64,000 bases of DNA, taken from assembly GCA_016928115.1 (NCBI GenBank), contig JAFGLI010000022.1, positions 560-64,559 of the forward strand. Direction: 5' to 3'. Position numbers and translations under genes: made by a program. Position 1 is the stretch's first letter. The number at the start of each line of letters is the position of its first letter. A model generated the notes under the pieces. It was not told the origin of the DNA. It was given only the letters and a program-made list of their open reading frames with translations, and ran no database searches. Positions 39,878 to 49,430 of the stretch are shown here, piece after piece. Origin of the DNA: Candidatus Woesearchaeota archaeon. Lineage in GTDB: Archaea; Nanobdellota; Nanobdellia; Woesearchaeales; UBA9642.

Positions 39878-40444
39878 ATGAGGGAAGAAATAAGGTTTCT
39901 GGGGATAGATGACGGCCCATTTGATAAATTCAATGAAAAAGATAAAGAGGTTCTGGTAATAGGCTCTGTTTACAGGGGGAATAAGTTTCTGGACGGCTTG
40001 ATTTCCTGTCATGTTGAAAAAGACGGCGAAGACAGCACAGAAAAGATAATCAAGATGATAAACAATTCCAAGTTTAAAGAGCAGATAAGGTGTGTTTTTC
40101 TTGACGGGATTGCTGTTGGCGGCTTTAATATAGTAAACCCTGAAAAATTGGGTAAAAAAACAAATATTCCTGTTATTGTGATAATAAGAAAATATCCTGA
40201 TTTTGAGGAATTATTTAATGCAATGAAAAAAGCAGGAAAGGAAAAATACATTGAATTCATAAAAAAACTTCCTGAGCCGAAAAAACATGAAGATATATGG
40301 TTCCAGAACTTTAATATTGAAGATAAAAAAGCAGAAGAATTCATAGAAATGAGCAGGAACTTTTCCAACATCCCCGAATGCCTGAGAGCATCCCATTTGA
40401 TTGCTTCCGGCATTAAGAAAGGCGAGAGTAAGGGGCAGGCCTAA
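39878..40444 (+). CDS. DUF99 / endonuclease V-like protein
   Basis: LGIDDGPF, DGxDST, LDGIAVGGFN, PECLRASHLIASG. Confidence 0.88.
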   Translation: MREEIRFLGIDDGPFDKFNEKDKEVLVIGSVYRGNKFLDGLISCHVEKDGEDSTEKIIKMINNSKFKEQIRCVFLDGIAVGGFNIVNPEKLGKKTNIPVIVIIRKYPDFEELFNAMKKAGKEKYIEFIKKLPEPKKHEDIWFQNFNIEDKKAEEFIEMSRNFSNIPECLRASHLIASGIKKGESKGQA

Positions 40445-40483
40445 GAAAAGTTTTATATAATAGTTATACTTAAGAATAATAAA

Positions 40484-40987
40484 ATGATTGGAAATGAAAT
40501 GACTAGATCAGATGAAACTTTTGATAAACTTGAAAGAGAAAAAGAAAGTTTTTATTTAAAAACAATGGAAACTGCTTGGAAATTTCTAGAAAAAGGAGAA
40601 AAAATAGCAAAAACACTTGAAGGAGACTTTGAAGAAAATTTAAGAAATAGAGATAAAATAAGAGAAACTAATATAAGAAACTTAACAAATGAGTTACAAT
40701 TATTACTGGCTAAAGCGTATCCTCATATTTGTACACAGCCTTTAGGAGAAGCAGCAGGAGATGCAGAAAGAACTATAAAAATAAACGTAGAAAAGGCTTT
40801 ACATTATATTGTAACCATTGGAGAAAGAATCTTAAAAGAAGGATATCATATGATTTCTGAAGGAAAAAAGACATCGGATGTAATGGAAAGGGAAAATATG
40901 ATTAAAGAAAATAAAGTATTAAGAGAATTAAAATCAAGAATACTGATACTAAGACCAATATTGGCAAAGCTAAGAAGTACTAATTAA
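40484..40987 (+). CDS. Helical hypothetical protein, AT-rich
   Basis: 167-aa ORF with its own TATA; atypical codon usage. Confidence 0.6.
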   Translation: MIGNEMTRSDETFDKLEREKESFYLKTMETAWKFLEKGEKIAKTLEGDFEENLRNRDKIRETNIRNLTNELQLLLAKAYPHICTQPLGEAAGDAERTIKINVEKALHYIVTIGERILKEGYHMISEGKKTSDVMERENMIKENKVLRELKSRILILRPILAKLRSTN

Positions 40988-41669
40988 TTTTATACTCTAA
41001 AGTTTCTCTGTCTTTTTTTACACTACAAACTTCTTTTAAAGGAGGTATCATACGTGGATCATCCTTAATATAAACAATAGAAGGATATTTTTTATTAATT
41101 AATTTTTGAAATGACCTATAACCAACCAAATGCTTAAGACCAAGAACAAAAACCATAATTTTATTATTCAAACCTTCATCAAAGTTAAGTATTCTTTCAT
41201 ACATACGTTTATTTTGATCCCATACATTTCCTTGGTGATCATTAAAAACAAAAACGTCAATATCATTTTCTAAAAAATCTTTACCCATTTCAATATATCT
41301 TAGAATACAATCAGAAAAACCAGAATTTTTTTTATTAAATTCTTCTTTATTAACTAACTCAGAAAAAGATACTGGTTTTTTTATTGTAGTATCATTATTT
41401 AAAAAAGGAAGAAGTTCAAGAAAAACATTTACTCCAAAAAAATCTTTCAAAGCATAAATATCTCTTTCTATACTTTCACAAATAAAATCGTCCATATGTT
41501 TTCTTTCACCAAAAATTACAGAAAAATTTTCTTTTTTATAAAATCTTCTAACCTCTCTTTTTAGTTTATCTGAATCATGTTTTTGTAAAGAAAAATCATC
41601 AAAAATATATGTTAAATCTAAATCATTCATACTTTCTTTATGTCTATTTTTTTTGGATGTTAATAACAT
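40980..41669 (-). CDS. Hypothetical protein, possible TIKI/ChaN/EreA-superfamily fold
   Basis: VIFGERKH, VFLE, KRMYERI, FVLGLKHL. Confidence 0.45.
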   Translation of the reverse strand: MLLTSKKNRHKESMNDLDLTYIFDDFSLQKHDSDKLKREVRRFYKKENFSVIFGERKHMDDFICESIERDIYALKDFFGVNVFLELLPFLNNDTTIKKPVSFSELVNKEEFNKKNSGFSDCILRYIEMGKDFLENDIDVFVFNDHQGNVWDQNKRMYERILNFDEGLNNKIMVFVLGLKHLVGYRSFQKLINKKYPSIVYIKDDPRMIPPLKEVCSVKKDRETLEYKIN

Positions 41670-41708
41670 ATTCGAATGAGAATAGATCTAAGTTTATAAA
41701 TATTACTA

Positions 41709-42356
41709 TTATTTACTTCTGTTTAATAGTAAAATAACTAAAAATAACATTAAAACAGCAGAAACAACAAAACTAATCCCTAAAATCAAAAAGCCAAAAC
41801 TTATGAAAAAGGATTCAGGAAATAGTGTTATTAATAAAGAATCTTCAGGAAACAAATAATTGCCTGTGAATAATATTTTATGCAATAACATCCAAAAACC
41901 TGAAAAATTAATCCTGGATAATAGAAATAATAAAATTATGAAGAAAATAACAAAACCTGAAGAATACATGAAGGCTTTTGAAATTTTTGCCTTTAGTTCT
42001 TTTAGATTATTCCTGTACAAAAAATATAAGCCAAAAGAGCTTATTAAAAACAAAAACATGCTCATTGCATAAACAAGCCTTAATTTAAAAAACAAGTTTT
42101 TCACATCAATTAAATGGGATTGTTCTTTTTCATTAAAATAATTTAATTCTTCTTTGTCCTGAAAAAAACCAAACAAGTTTCCCGTAATATTTTTGGTTTT
42201 CTCTTCACCCAATTCATTAAAAGCATTGTTTTTTTCATACTGCCGATAATAAAAATTATTATTATAAAGATTACAGAACAAAGGGCCTAATAAAATCATA
42301 ATCACTAAAGAAAATCCAAAAATAAATAATATAAAATTTTCATTATTGAATTTCAT
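41709..42356 (-). CDS. DUF1461 (TIGR01906-like) membrane protein
   Basis: EQSHLIDVKNLF, FWMLLHKILF, SLLITLFPE. Confidence 0.8.
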   Translation of the reverse strand: MKFNNENFILFIFGFSLVIMILLGPLFCNLYNNNFYYRQYEKNNAFNELGEEKTKNITGNLFGFFQDKEELNYFNEKEQSHLIDVKNLFFKLRLVYAMSMFLFLISSFGLYFLYRNNLKELKAKISKAFMYSSGFVIFFIILLFLLSRINFSGFWMLLHKILFTGNYLFPEDSLLITLFPESFFISFGFLILGISFVVSAVLMLFLVILLLNRSK

Positions 42357-44137
42357 TGTGTGTAATAAAGATTGCCTGTTTTCTTCTGCTCCCTGTCTTT
42401 AACAGAGTTTTCCTTATTGGCTCTTGGTCTGTGGGTATGCTCATCCCTCCTGAAAGTAATCCCTAAATCCTTTAGAAAATTATTCATGCCCTCTTCCATT
42501 GCCATTGGCTTGTTTGCAGAGCCTTTTTTTGCAGGCTCTCCCTCAAAAATCATCAATCTATGTGATAAATAATCAATAAAAAGTAAATCATGGTCAACCA
42601 CCAAAGCAGATTTTCCCTTTTCCTCAATAAGGTTCCTTATGACTTTTGAAACAGCAAGCCTCTGCTCAACATCAAGATAGGCAGACGGCTCATCTATTAA
42701 AAACATATCAACGTTTTGAGATAAACAATAAGCTATTGCAACCCTCTGAAGCTCCCCTCCGGATAACTCATCAAGCCTTTTCTTCATTAAAATATCCAGA
42801 TTTAAAGGCCTTATCAGCTGAGCCTTATAATCAGCCAGTGCTTTTTTCAGGACTTCTGCAACAAATTTTTCAGAGCTTAAGCTTATATACTGCGGCTTAT
42901 AAGCCACTTTTATGCCTTTCAACTCCTCCTGTCTATCATCAGCCTTCATCTCTCCTGCCAGAACCTTTACAAAAGTAGTCTTACCAATTGCATTTTCTCC
43001 AAGGATGCCTATTATCTCATTCCTGCAAATCTCCCCATCTTCAGCATTCAGCTCAAACTTATCCTTGCCGAATTTCTTTGTAAATTTTTTCCATTGGGTC
43101 AGAAAAGAGCTTTTCTGCTTTTCTTCAGGTGCTCTTGCAAAAAACTCTATCTTTGAATCCCTGAACCTTATGTTTTCTTCTTTTAAATAACCTTCAAGAT
43201 ATGTGTTTATGCCTTCTTTTGTTGATTTCACGCCAGAAGCAACACCATAAACAGACTCTTTCCCATACATAAGATGTATCAAATCAGTTAAATAATCCAG
43301 AATTATCAAATCATGCTCAATAATCATAACAGCAGTATTCTCATCTGCCAGATTCCTTATGAACCTGCTGACTTTAAGCCTTTGCTTTATATCAAGATAT
43401 GAAGTAGGCTCATCGAAAAAATAGACATTTGCCTTTTTCAGAACTGCTGCGGCAATAGCTATTCTTTGTAATTCCCCTCCTGAAACATCCTTTACATCAT
43501 GGTCCATTATAAAGGACAAATCCAATAGTTTTACAATATCATTAAATTCCTTTTCAGATTTCTCATTTACTTTTTTCAACAGATCTTCAACTTTTCCCTC
43601 ATAGTTTTTAGGAATCAGGTCAACCTGCTGGGGCTTGTATGAAACCCTGATTTTTTTATCAAACAATTTCTGGAAATAAGCCTGTGCTTCAGTGCCCTTG
43701 AAATATTCAATAATGTCTTTTTGCGACGCCCGAAAATCCTTTTCCTCGACTTTTCCCAGATTAGGGTTTAGCAATCCTGCGAGTATCTTAAGTGCAGTTG
43801 TCTTGCCTATGCCGTTTCTTCCAATTATACCCACAACCCTGCCGAATATAGGCACAGGAAGATTATAAAGCGAAAAGCCATTCTGCCCATACCTGTGAAT
43901 TGGCTCTTTATTCAGGGCTTCAGGCAGGTTTACAATAGATGTGGCTTCAAAAGGGTCTTTTTTTACGCATATGCCGCAGCCTATGCATAAAGACTCGTCT
44001 ATCCCGATGTTTCCATTATCCATGTAAACACAATCTTCGCCTGTTCTGTTTATTGGGCATGCTTTGGAAACTAACCTGAACCATTCATCCTTGTCTTCTA
44101 TTTTTTCCCTGTCTATAACAGCTATTCTTTTTGACAT
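42353..44137 (-). CDS. rli: Ribosome recycling ATPase ABCE1/RLI
   Basis: CIGCGIC, HRYG, two ABC domains with SGGELQR, TFRRD..RPR. Confidence 0.96.
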   Translation of the reverse strand: MSKRIAVIDREKIEDKDEWFRLVSKACPINRTGEDCVYMDNGNIGIDESLCIGCGICVKKDPFEATSIVNLPEALNKEPIHRYGQNGFSLYNLPVPIFGRVVGIIGRNGIGKTTALKILAGLLNPNLGKVEEKDFRASQKDIIEYFKGTEAQAYFQKLFDKKIRVSYKPQQVDLIPKNYEGKVEDLLKKVNEKSEKEFNDIVKLLDLSFIMDHDVKDVSGGELQRIAIAAAVLKKANVYFFDEPTSYLDIKQRLKVSRFIRNLADENTAVMIIEHDLIILDYLTDLIHLMYGKESVYGVASGVKSTKEGINTYLEGYLKEENIRFRDSKIEFFARAPEEKQKSSFLTQWKKFTKKFGKDKFELNAEDGEICRNEIIGILGENAIGKTTFVKVLAGEMKADDRQEELKGIKVAYKPQYISLSSEKFVAEVLKKALADYKAQLIRPLNLDILMKKRLDELSGGELQRVAIAYCLSQNVDMFLIDEPSAYLDVEQRLAVSKVIRNLIEEKGKSALVVDHDLLFIDYLSHRLMIFEGEPAKKGSANKPMAMEEGMNNFLKDLGITFRRDEHTHRPRANKENSVKDREQKKTGNLYYTQ

Positions 44138-44194
44138 AATAGAAATAAACTTTCAGTTTTTATAAATGTTTTTTAATTATCAATAGAAAAACAA

Positions 44195-44740
44195 TCATAC
44201 CAATCCAAAAGCCTCTTTGGTCTTTTTTCTTGCAAGGAAATACATAAATATGACTGATATGGGTATGCCTGCTATTGTCAACATGTAAATTACTGAAAAA
44301 ACCAAAGCCATGATTCTTGCCCAGTTCTTTAGTTTTAATAAGCCCCAGCCAATCAAAATATCAATAACTCCCAGAATTACTAACAAAGCAACTAAATAAA
44401 TAATAAAATTAGAAACAACTATGGTTAGACCAGGTATTGAACTTAAAATATTCTGAATCGTATAGAAACTGGTTGAAAATGCTAAAATGATAAAAATTCC
44501 TTCAAGAATAAACAATATTGCTATAACTATTATTGAAACAGGAGTTTCTTTTTTAGAAACTTCTTTTTTTACATCCTTTTTTGGAAAATTATAAATGCCT
44601 TCTTTATTTACATATTTAATTGCTTCATCAACTGTTTTAACATCCCATCCTTTTTCAAGAAGAACTTCCTTCAATTTCCCGGGGGAATAACCCTGATTCT
44701 CAGCTTTTCCTATAAAATCAACCAGCTCCTGGTTTGCCAT
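44195..44740 (-). CDS. Membrane protein with an N-terminal 'L..GW' helical domain
   Basis: LLEKGWDVKTVDEAI; C-terminal TMs with GLLKLKNWAR. Confidence 0.7.
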   Translation of the reverse strand: MANQELVDFIGKAENQGYSPGKLKEVLLEKGWDVKTVDEAIKYVNKEGIYNFPKKDVKKEVSKKETPVSIIVIAILFILEGIFIILAFSTSFYTIQNILSSIPGLTIVVSNFIIYLVALLVILGVIDILIGWGLLKLKNWARIMALVFSVIYMLTIAGIPISVIFMYFLARKKTKEAFGLV

Positions 44741-44828
44741 AATATATTTTCTTGAAAAACTGGTTTAAATAATTTTCTTTTTTAAAAATTATAAACATTT
44801 AAAAATCTCAATTAATTATATAACTAAA

Positions 44829-47162
44829 ATGAAAGGCTATATTGTTGATTCTAACTACAAATATGAAAAAGATAAAAATATAATCCATTTATACGGCAGG
44901 CTGGAAAATGGAGAATCCTTCTTAGTAAAAAAAGAATACGGGCCTTATTTTTACATTAAAAAAAATGACAAAAACAAATTAGAAAAATTAAAAATAGAAG
45001 ATGAAATTGAAACAGAAGAAACAGACATGAAAAACTTCAATGATGAAGAAGTTGTTAGAATAATCACAACAAAACCAAAATATGTAAAAGAAATAAGAGA
45101 AAAACTGAAAGAAAATGATATTGCAACTTATGAAGCAGATATAAGATTTACCCAAAGATATTTCATCGACAATGACATAAAAAGAACAATAGAAATCAAG
45201 GGTGAATATGTAAATGGTGAATATGTAAGCCGCGTATACGATGAGCCGGATATAAAGCCTGCTGAATGGAGAGAGCCGAATCTTAAATTATTATCTGTCG
45301 ATATTGAAACAAGTAAAGACACAAAAAACCTTTATTCAATTTCTTTATACACTGAAAACTATAAAAAATGCTTTATCAATTACAACGGCAATAAAAAACT
45401 AAGAAATGCTGTAAAATGCGAAAATGAAAAAGAGCTTATTGAAAAATTCAAGAAAGAAGTTCAAAAACTGGATCCTGATATAATAACCGGATGGAATTTT
45501 GTTGATTTTGATTTAAACCAATTAAGAAAATTCTTTGAAAAACACAATATAAAATTTTCCATTGGCAGAGGCACTAAGGAAACATATCTGAGAATATATA
45601 ATGACTTCATGAGAAGCTCTGTAGCAAATATAGAAGGAAGAATGGTTTTGGACGGAATAGAGATGCTCAGGAAATCCTTTATCAGTGTAAGGGACTATAA
45701 GCTGGAAACTGTTTCAAGGCAATTTTTAAGTGAGGGAAAAACCATTACCTCTGAAGGAAAAAACAAGGGGGAAGAAATAAACAGGGCATATAAGGAAAAC
45801 CAGGAAAAACTGGTCGAATATAATCTCAAAGATGCTGAACTGGTTTACAGAATACTGAATATTTCAGGAGCATTAAAACTATCTATGGAAAGGTCATTAT
45901 TGACAGGAATGCCCCTGGACAGGATTTCAGCAACTGTTTCAAGTTTTGATTCACTTTACTTAAGAAAGCTGAAAGAAAAAGGCTATGTGGCTGAAAACCG
46001 TGAATTCCATGTAAAAGAAAAGCCTTTGACAGGGGGCTTTGTCCTTGAATCAAATCCGGGCATATATGATTATGTTATTCTTGTGGATTTCAAAAGCCTG
46101 TACCCAAGCATAATAAGAACTTTTAATATTGACCCTTTGATGTTTGTTGAAAAGCCCGGAAAAAAAGAAAAAAACGAGCTGATTGAAACCCCGAACAAGG
46201 CGTATTATAAAAAGGAAAAAGGGATACTGCCTGAGATAATAGGGGAGATATGGGATGAAAGGGAAAAAGCAAAGAAAAGAAAAGACAATTTAGCAAACTA
46301 TGCATTAAAGATACAGATGAACTCATTTTACGGTGCTTTGGGCAATCCAACATGCAGGTTCTTCAATCCTATGATAGGAAACTCCATAACTTTTTTTGGC
46401 CAGAAAATCATAAAACTAACTATGGAAAAAATAAAAGAGATGGGTCATGAGGTAATATATGGAGACACAGACAGTGTTTTTGTGAATGTAATTACAAAAG
46501 ATGAAAAAGAGGCTGAAAAAACAGGCAGAGAGATTGAAAAAAATATAAATGAATTCTATAAAAAATGGGTGAAGGAAAAATACGGCATGGAAAGCTTTTT
46601 GCACCTTGAATTTGAAAAAACATTCATAAGGTTTTTCATACCAAAAATAAGGCATTCTGTGAAAGGGGCAAAGAAAAGATATGCCGGCCTTATAAAAGAA
46701 AAAGGCAAGGAAAAAATAAGCATTACAGGTTTGGAATTTGTAAGAGGAGACTGGACAGAATTATCAAAAAAATTCCAGTACGGGTTACTGGATAAGGTTT
46801 TCCATAAGAAAGAGGTCGGTGATTACATAAGGAATTTTGTTAAGAAGCTGAAAAAAGGGGAGTTTGATGATGAGCTTGTATATGAAAAAAGAATCACTAA
46901 GCCTTTAAATGAATATATAAAAACAACACCTCCCCACGTAAAGGCAGCAAGGAAAATGAAATCACTGCAGACAAACCTCATAAAGTATATTATGACAGTG
47001 GACGGGCCTGAGCCTGTAACAGAGATAAAACATTCTATTGATTATGAACATTATGCTGAAAAACAGCTCAAGCCGATAGCTGACACAATACTTACATTCT
47101 ACAACACCAATTTTGATGATGTTTTAAAAGAAAGTAAACAAAGCAATCTCTTCAGATTTTAG
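44829..47162 (+). CDS. polB: Family B DNA polymerase with 3'-5' exonuclease and C-terminal PIP box
   Basis: DIET, GWNFVDFD, YNLKDA; DFKSLYPSII, KIQMNSFYG, YGDTDS, KKRY; ends QSNLFRF. Confidence 0.95.
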   Translation: MKGYIVDSNYKYEKDKNIIHLYGRLENGESFLVKKEYGPYFYIKKNDKNKLEKLKIEDEIETEETDMKNFNDEEVVRIITTKPKYVKEIREKLKENDIATYEADIRFTQRYFIDNDIKRTIEIKGEYVNGEYVSRVYDEPDIKPAEWREPNLKLLSVDIETSKDTKNLYSISLYTENYKKCFINYNGNKKLRNAVKCENEKELIEKFKKEVQKLDPDIITGWNFVDFDLNQLRKFFEKHNIKFSIGRGTKETYLRIYNDFMRSSVANIEGRMVLDGIEMLRKSFISVRDYKLETVSRQFLSEGKTITSEGKNKGEEINRAYKENQEKLVEYNLKDAELVYRILNISGALKLSMERSLLTGMPLDRISATVSSFDSLYLRKLKEKGYVAENREFHVKEKPLTGGFVLESNPGIYDYVILVDFKSLYPSIIRTFNIDPLMFVEKPGKKEKNELIETPNKAYYKKEKGILPEIIGEIWDEREKAKKRKDNLANYALKIQMNSFYGALGNPTCRFFNPMIGNSITFFGQKIIKLTMEKIKEMGHEVIYGDTDSVFVNVITKDEKEAEKTGREIEKNINEFYKKWVKEKYGMESFLHLEFEKTFIRFFIPKIRHSVKGAKKRYAGLIKEKGKEKISITGLEFVRGDWTELSKKFQYGLLDKVFHKKEVGDYIRNFVKKLKKGEFDDELVYEKRITKPLNEYIKTTPPHVKAARKMKSLQTNLIKYIMTVDGPEPVTEIKHSIDYEHYAEKQLKPIADTILTFYNTNFDDVLKESKQSNLFRF

Positions 47163-47548
47163 ATTTGAAGAATAAACTTGTCATTCTCAAAATAAAATTC
47201 CTTGTCTTTTTTGAAATATTTATCAAATATTTCTCTGTATTTTGGATCAAAGAGATTATAATGCAGAGGCACTTTTCCGTTTAATCCGTCTTCAGTCAGT
47301 TTTATCCTGAAAATCTCTTCCTCAGAAGGTCCTACCTGACCATAAAAAGAAGGCCTTTGTACTCTCATTATTTTCCAGAGCAAGCCCTTCCTGTCAATCA
47401 GTTCAGCAATTCCCCTGCAGTTTTCAGATATCTCACATTTAATCCTATTCAGGATTGACCTTAAGTCATCTTTTTTATATTCAATCGGCTCTTTTTTTGT
47501 TTTATAAAACACACTCAATATATTAAATCCCATTTTAATCACCATCAT
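47159..47548 (-). CDS. Hypothetical protein
   Basis: 129-aa ORF, 3 bp downstream of the 94-aa gene. Confidence 0.55.
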   Translation of the reverse strand: MMVIKMGFNILSVFYKTKKEPIEYKKDDLRSILNRIKCEISENCRGIAELIDRKGLLWKIMRVQRPSFYGQVGPSEEEIFRIKLTEDGLNGKVPLHYNLFDPKYREIFDKYFKKDKEFYFENDKFILQI

Positions 47549-47551
47549 AGA

Positions 47552-47836
47552 TTAAGCCTTTGCTATATAGCCTGTCCCGACTTCCTGAAATATGCCGTCA
47601 TTTATCAGTTCATCTATCAAAGACATAATCTCGGTTTCCCCCATACCCTCTTCTTGCAAAGAAATTATTAATTCCTCTTTCTGTATCTTATTGGTATTCC
47701 TGCCTTCCACAAGATTGTCATAAACAGAAATAATCTTTATCTTGTCATCTGTCTTTGTTTCATTTGCCAGTCTTGCAGCCATGTTTTCCTGCATCTGCCT
47801 GATTGCTTCAAAGCCAGAACCATCAAATATAGCCAT
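47552..47836 (-). CDS. Stand-alone winged-helix protein resembling the MCM/RPA32 C-terminal WH
   Basis: EELI..LQEEGM..EI..LIDEL..DGIFQEVGTGYI. Confidence 0.6.
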   Translation of the reverse strand: MAIFDGSGFEAIRQMQENMAARLANETKTDDKIKIISVYDNLVEGRNTNKIQKEELIISLQEEGMGETEIMSLIDELINDGIFQEVGTGYIAKA

Positions 47837-47935
47837 ATTTTATTTAACCCCCAATAAATATAAAGAAGCCTGACTTTAAAAATTTAACGGCATTAGTATG
47901 GTTTTTTGTATATTTTTTGTATAAATTCAGTAAAA

Positions 47936-48145
47936 TTAATATTTATTGTTTTTAAGCTCAAAGCCGGAATCATTCTTTTCCCTGTTCATAAAATGTTCCA
48001 GGGTTTTAAGAAATTTATCTATCTCTTTTATTGCGCCATATATCTGGTGCTGTTTTCCAAGTTCCAGTTCATTTCTTTCCTCTTCCAGCAGCCTTATAAG
48101 ACTGTTTCTCCTTTTTTGGTATAATTTGTATATCTCAGCCAGCAT
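47936..48145 (-). CDS. Small helical hypothetical protein
   Basis: 69-aa ORF, 1 bp from the upstream gene; QHQIYGAIKEID. Confidence 0.6.
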   Translation of the reverse strand: MLAEIYKLYQKRRNSLIRLLEEERNELELGKQHQIYGAIKEIDKFLKTLEHFMNREKNDSGFELKNNKY

Positions 48146-48146
48146 T

Positions 48147-48479
48147 TTAATTACCTGTTTTGTTTCTTAATCTCTTTTTGCGCTGCTCATTTAACTGTGT
48201 GACAAAATAATCCAGGCAGTCAAGGGCACAGAAATGAGCCTTTTTTCTTAAGCCTTTTGGACCAAAATAAAGAACAAAAGACTCTTCAGCATTAAGCTCA
48301 GAATGGCAGACTGGGCATATTTTCCTGTGTGATTCATATTCTTCAATTCTGGATTCCACAATCTTCATAAAACTCCCTTTTTCAACCATATCTTTTAAAA
48401 ATTTCAATTCTTCAAAATCTGAATAATTAATAATCTCTTTTATTTTATCCGCAGTTTTTTCATTAATTATTTTTACCAC
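48147..48479 (-). CDS. Zinc-finger (TRASH/MYM-like) protein
   Basis: CPVC...HFCALDCL; overlaps the upstream gene by 17 bp. Confidence 0.7.
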   Translation of the reverse strand: MVKIINEKTADKIKEIINYSDFEELKFLKDMVEKGSFMKIVESRIEEYESHRKICPVCHSELNAEESFVLYFGPKGLRKKAHFCALDCLDYFVTQLNEQRKKRLRNKTGN

Positions 48480-49128
48480 CTTTTATTTTGTTTATTATCT
48501 GATTAGGGTCATAAAGAATAAAATTATTTTTCAGTATATCCAGAAAATATTTTTCGTTTTTACTCAATCCTTCAACCAGCTCATTTTCTGAATGGGTCCA
48601 GCATGCTATCTTATGGTCCTTATCATGCTCGTCTTTTATGTGCACATTGCTGTATTTTCCCCTTATCTCGTCCACTTTTTTCGTGATTATCAGAAAATCA
48701 AGGTCTGCATCACTTTTATCTTTTATTAATGCTACAGCATCGCATTTATCAAAAAGCTCATAATTATCCAGAAAGAATTTCAATACAAGATATTGTTTTG
48801 ATATTTCATCAAAAAAGAAAACAGTGAAAATCAATTCCCTTATTCCTGAAAGAGATAATATCTTGCTTGCAGAAAAACCTTCTTTCATTATAAGCAGATA
48901 TACTGATTTATTTTTTAAGGAATATATTGTCCTGGGCTTTCCTGATTTATTTGTATGTAAGGTTTCCCCCTTCACTATGCCGTAGGCTTCAAGGATTTTT
49001 AACTGGTAAGTTATATTGGCAACAGAGCTTTTTGTTATCTGGGCTAATTCTGTAGGAGATAATGGTTTTTCAGTTATCTTTTCAATCAGTTTCCACCGTG
49101 CAGGCGTAAACCAGGAGTTTAATTCCAT
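48463..49128 (-). CDS. ArsR-like wHTH fused to a degenerate nucleotidyltransferase-like domain
   Basis: SPTELA..SVANIT.QLKILE..GKPRTIYSL; DADLDFLII. Confidence 0.7.
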   Translation of the reverse strand: MELNSWFTPARWKLIEKITEKPLSPTELAQITKSSVANITYQLKILEAYGIVKGETLHTNKSGKPRTIYSLKNKSVYLLIMKEGFSASKILSLSGIRELIFTVFFFDEISKQYLVLKFFLDNYELFDKCDAVALIKDKSDADLDFLIITKKVDEIRGKYSNVHIKDEHDKDHKIACWTHSENELVEGLSKNEKYFLDILKNNFILYDPNQIINKIKGGKNN

Positions 49129-49430
49129 TTTGTTATTGAGGATAAAGAAGTTTATAAATTTTTCTATTATTTAATATATTTATATAAATATATAAATTAA
49201 ATAATTATTTTAATTATTAATACACCAAATAAAAAATTTTATCTTGCAAAAAATATGATAAAAAACAAAATATTTAAATAAGATGTATTGTTAATTATTT
49301 AATAATATTAATAACCTTAAGGTTATAAATAAAACAAGATAAATAATCTTGTTAGTTTGGGAATTAAAAAAGAGGGAGTTTTTTCATTAATTTAGTTTAA
49401 TTGAAAATCCTTCCCTGGAGGATTAATTAG

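Noticed and set aside
44829-47162. PolB and MCM as markers of a provirus or casposon
   Set aside because: They are about 34 kb apart among housekeeping genes, with no integrase, Cas1, capsid gene or terminal repeats.
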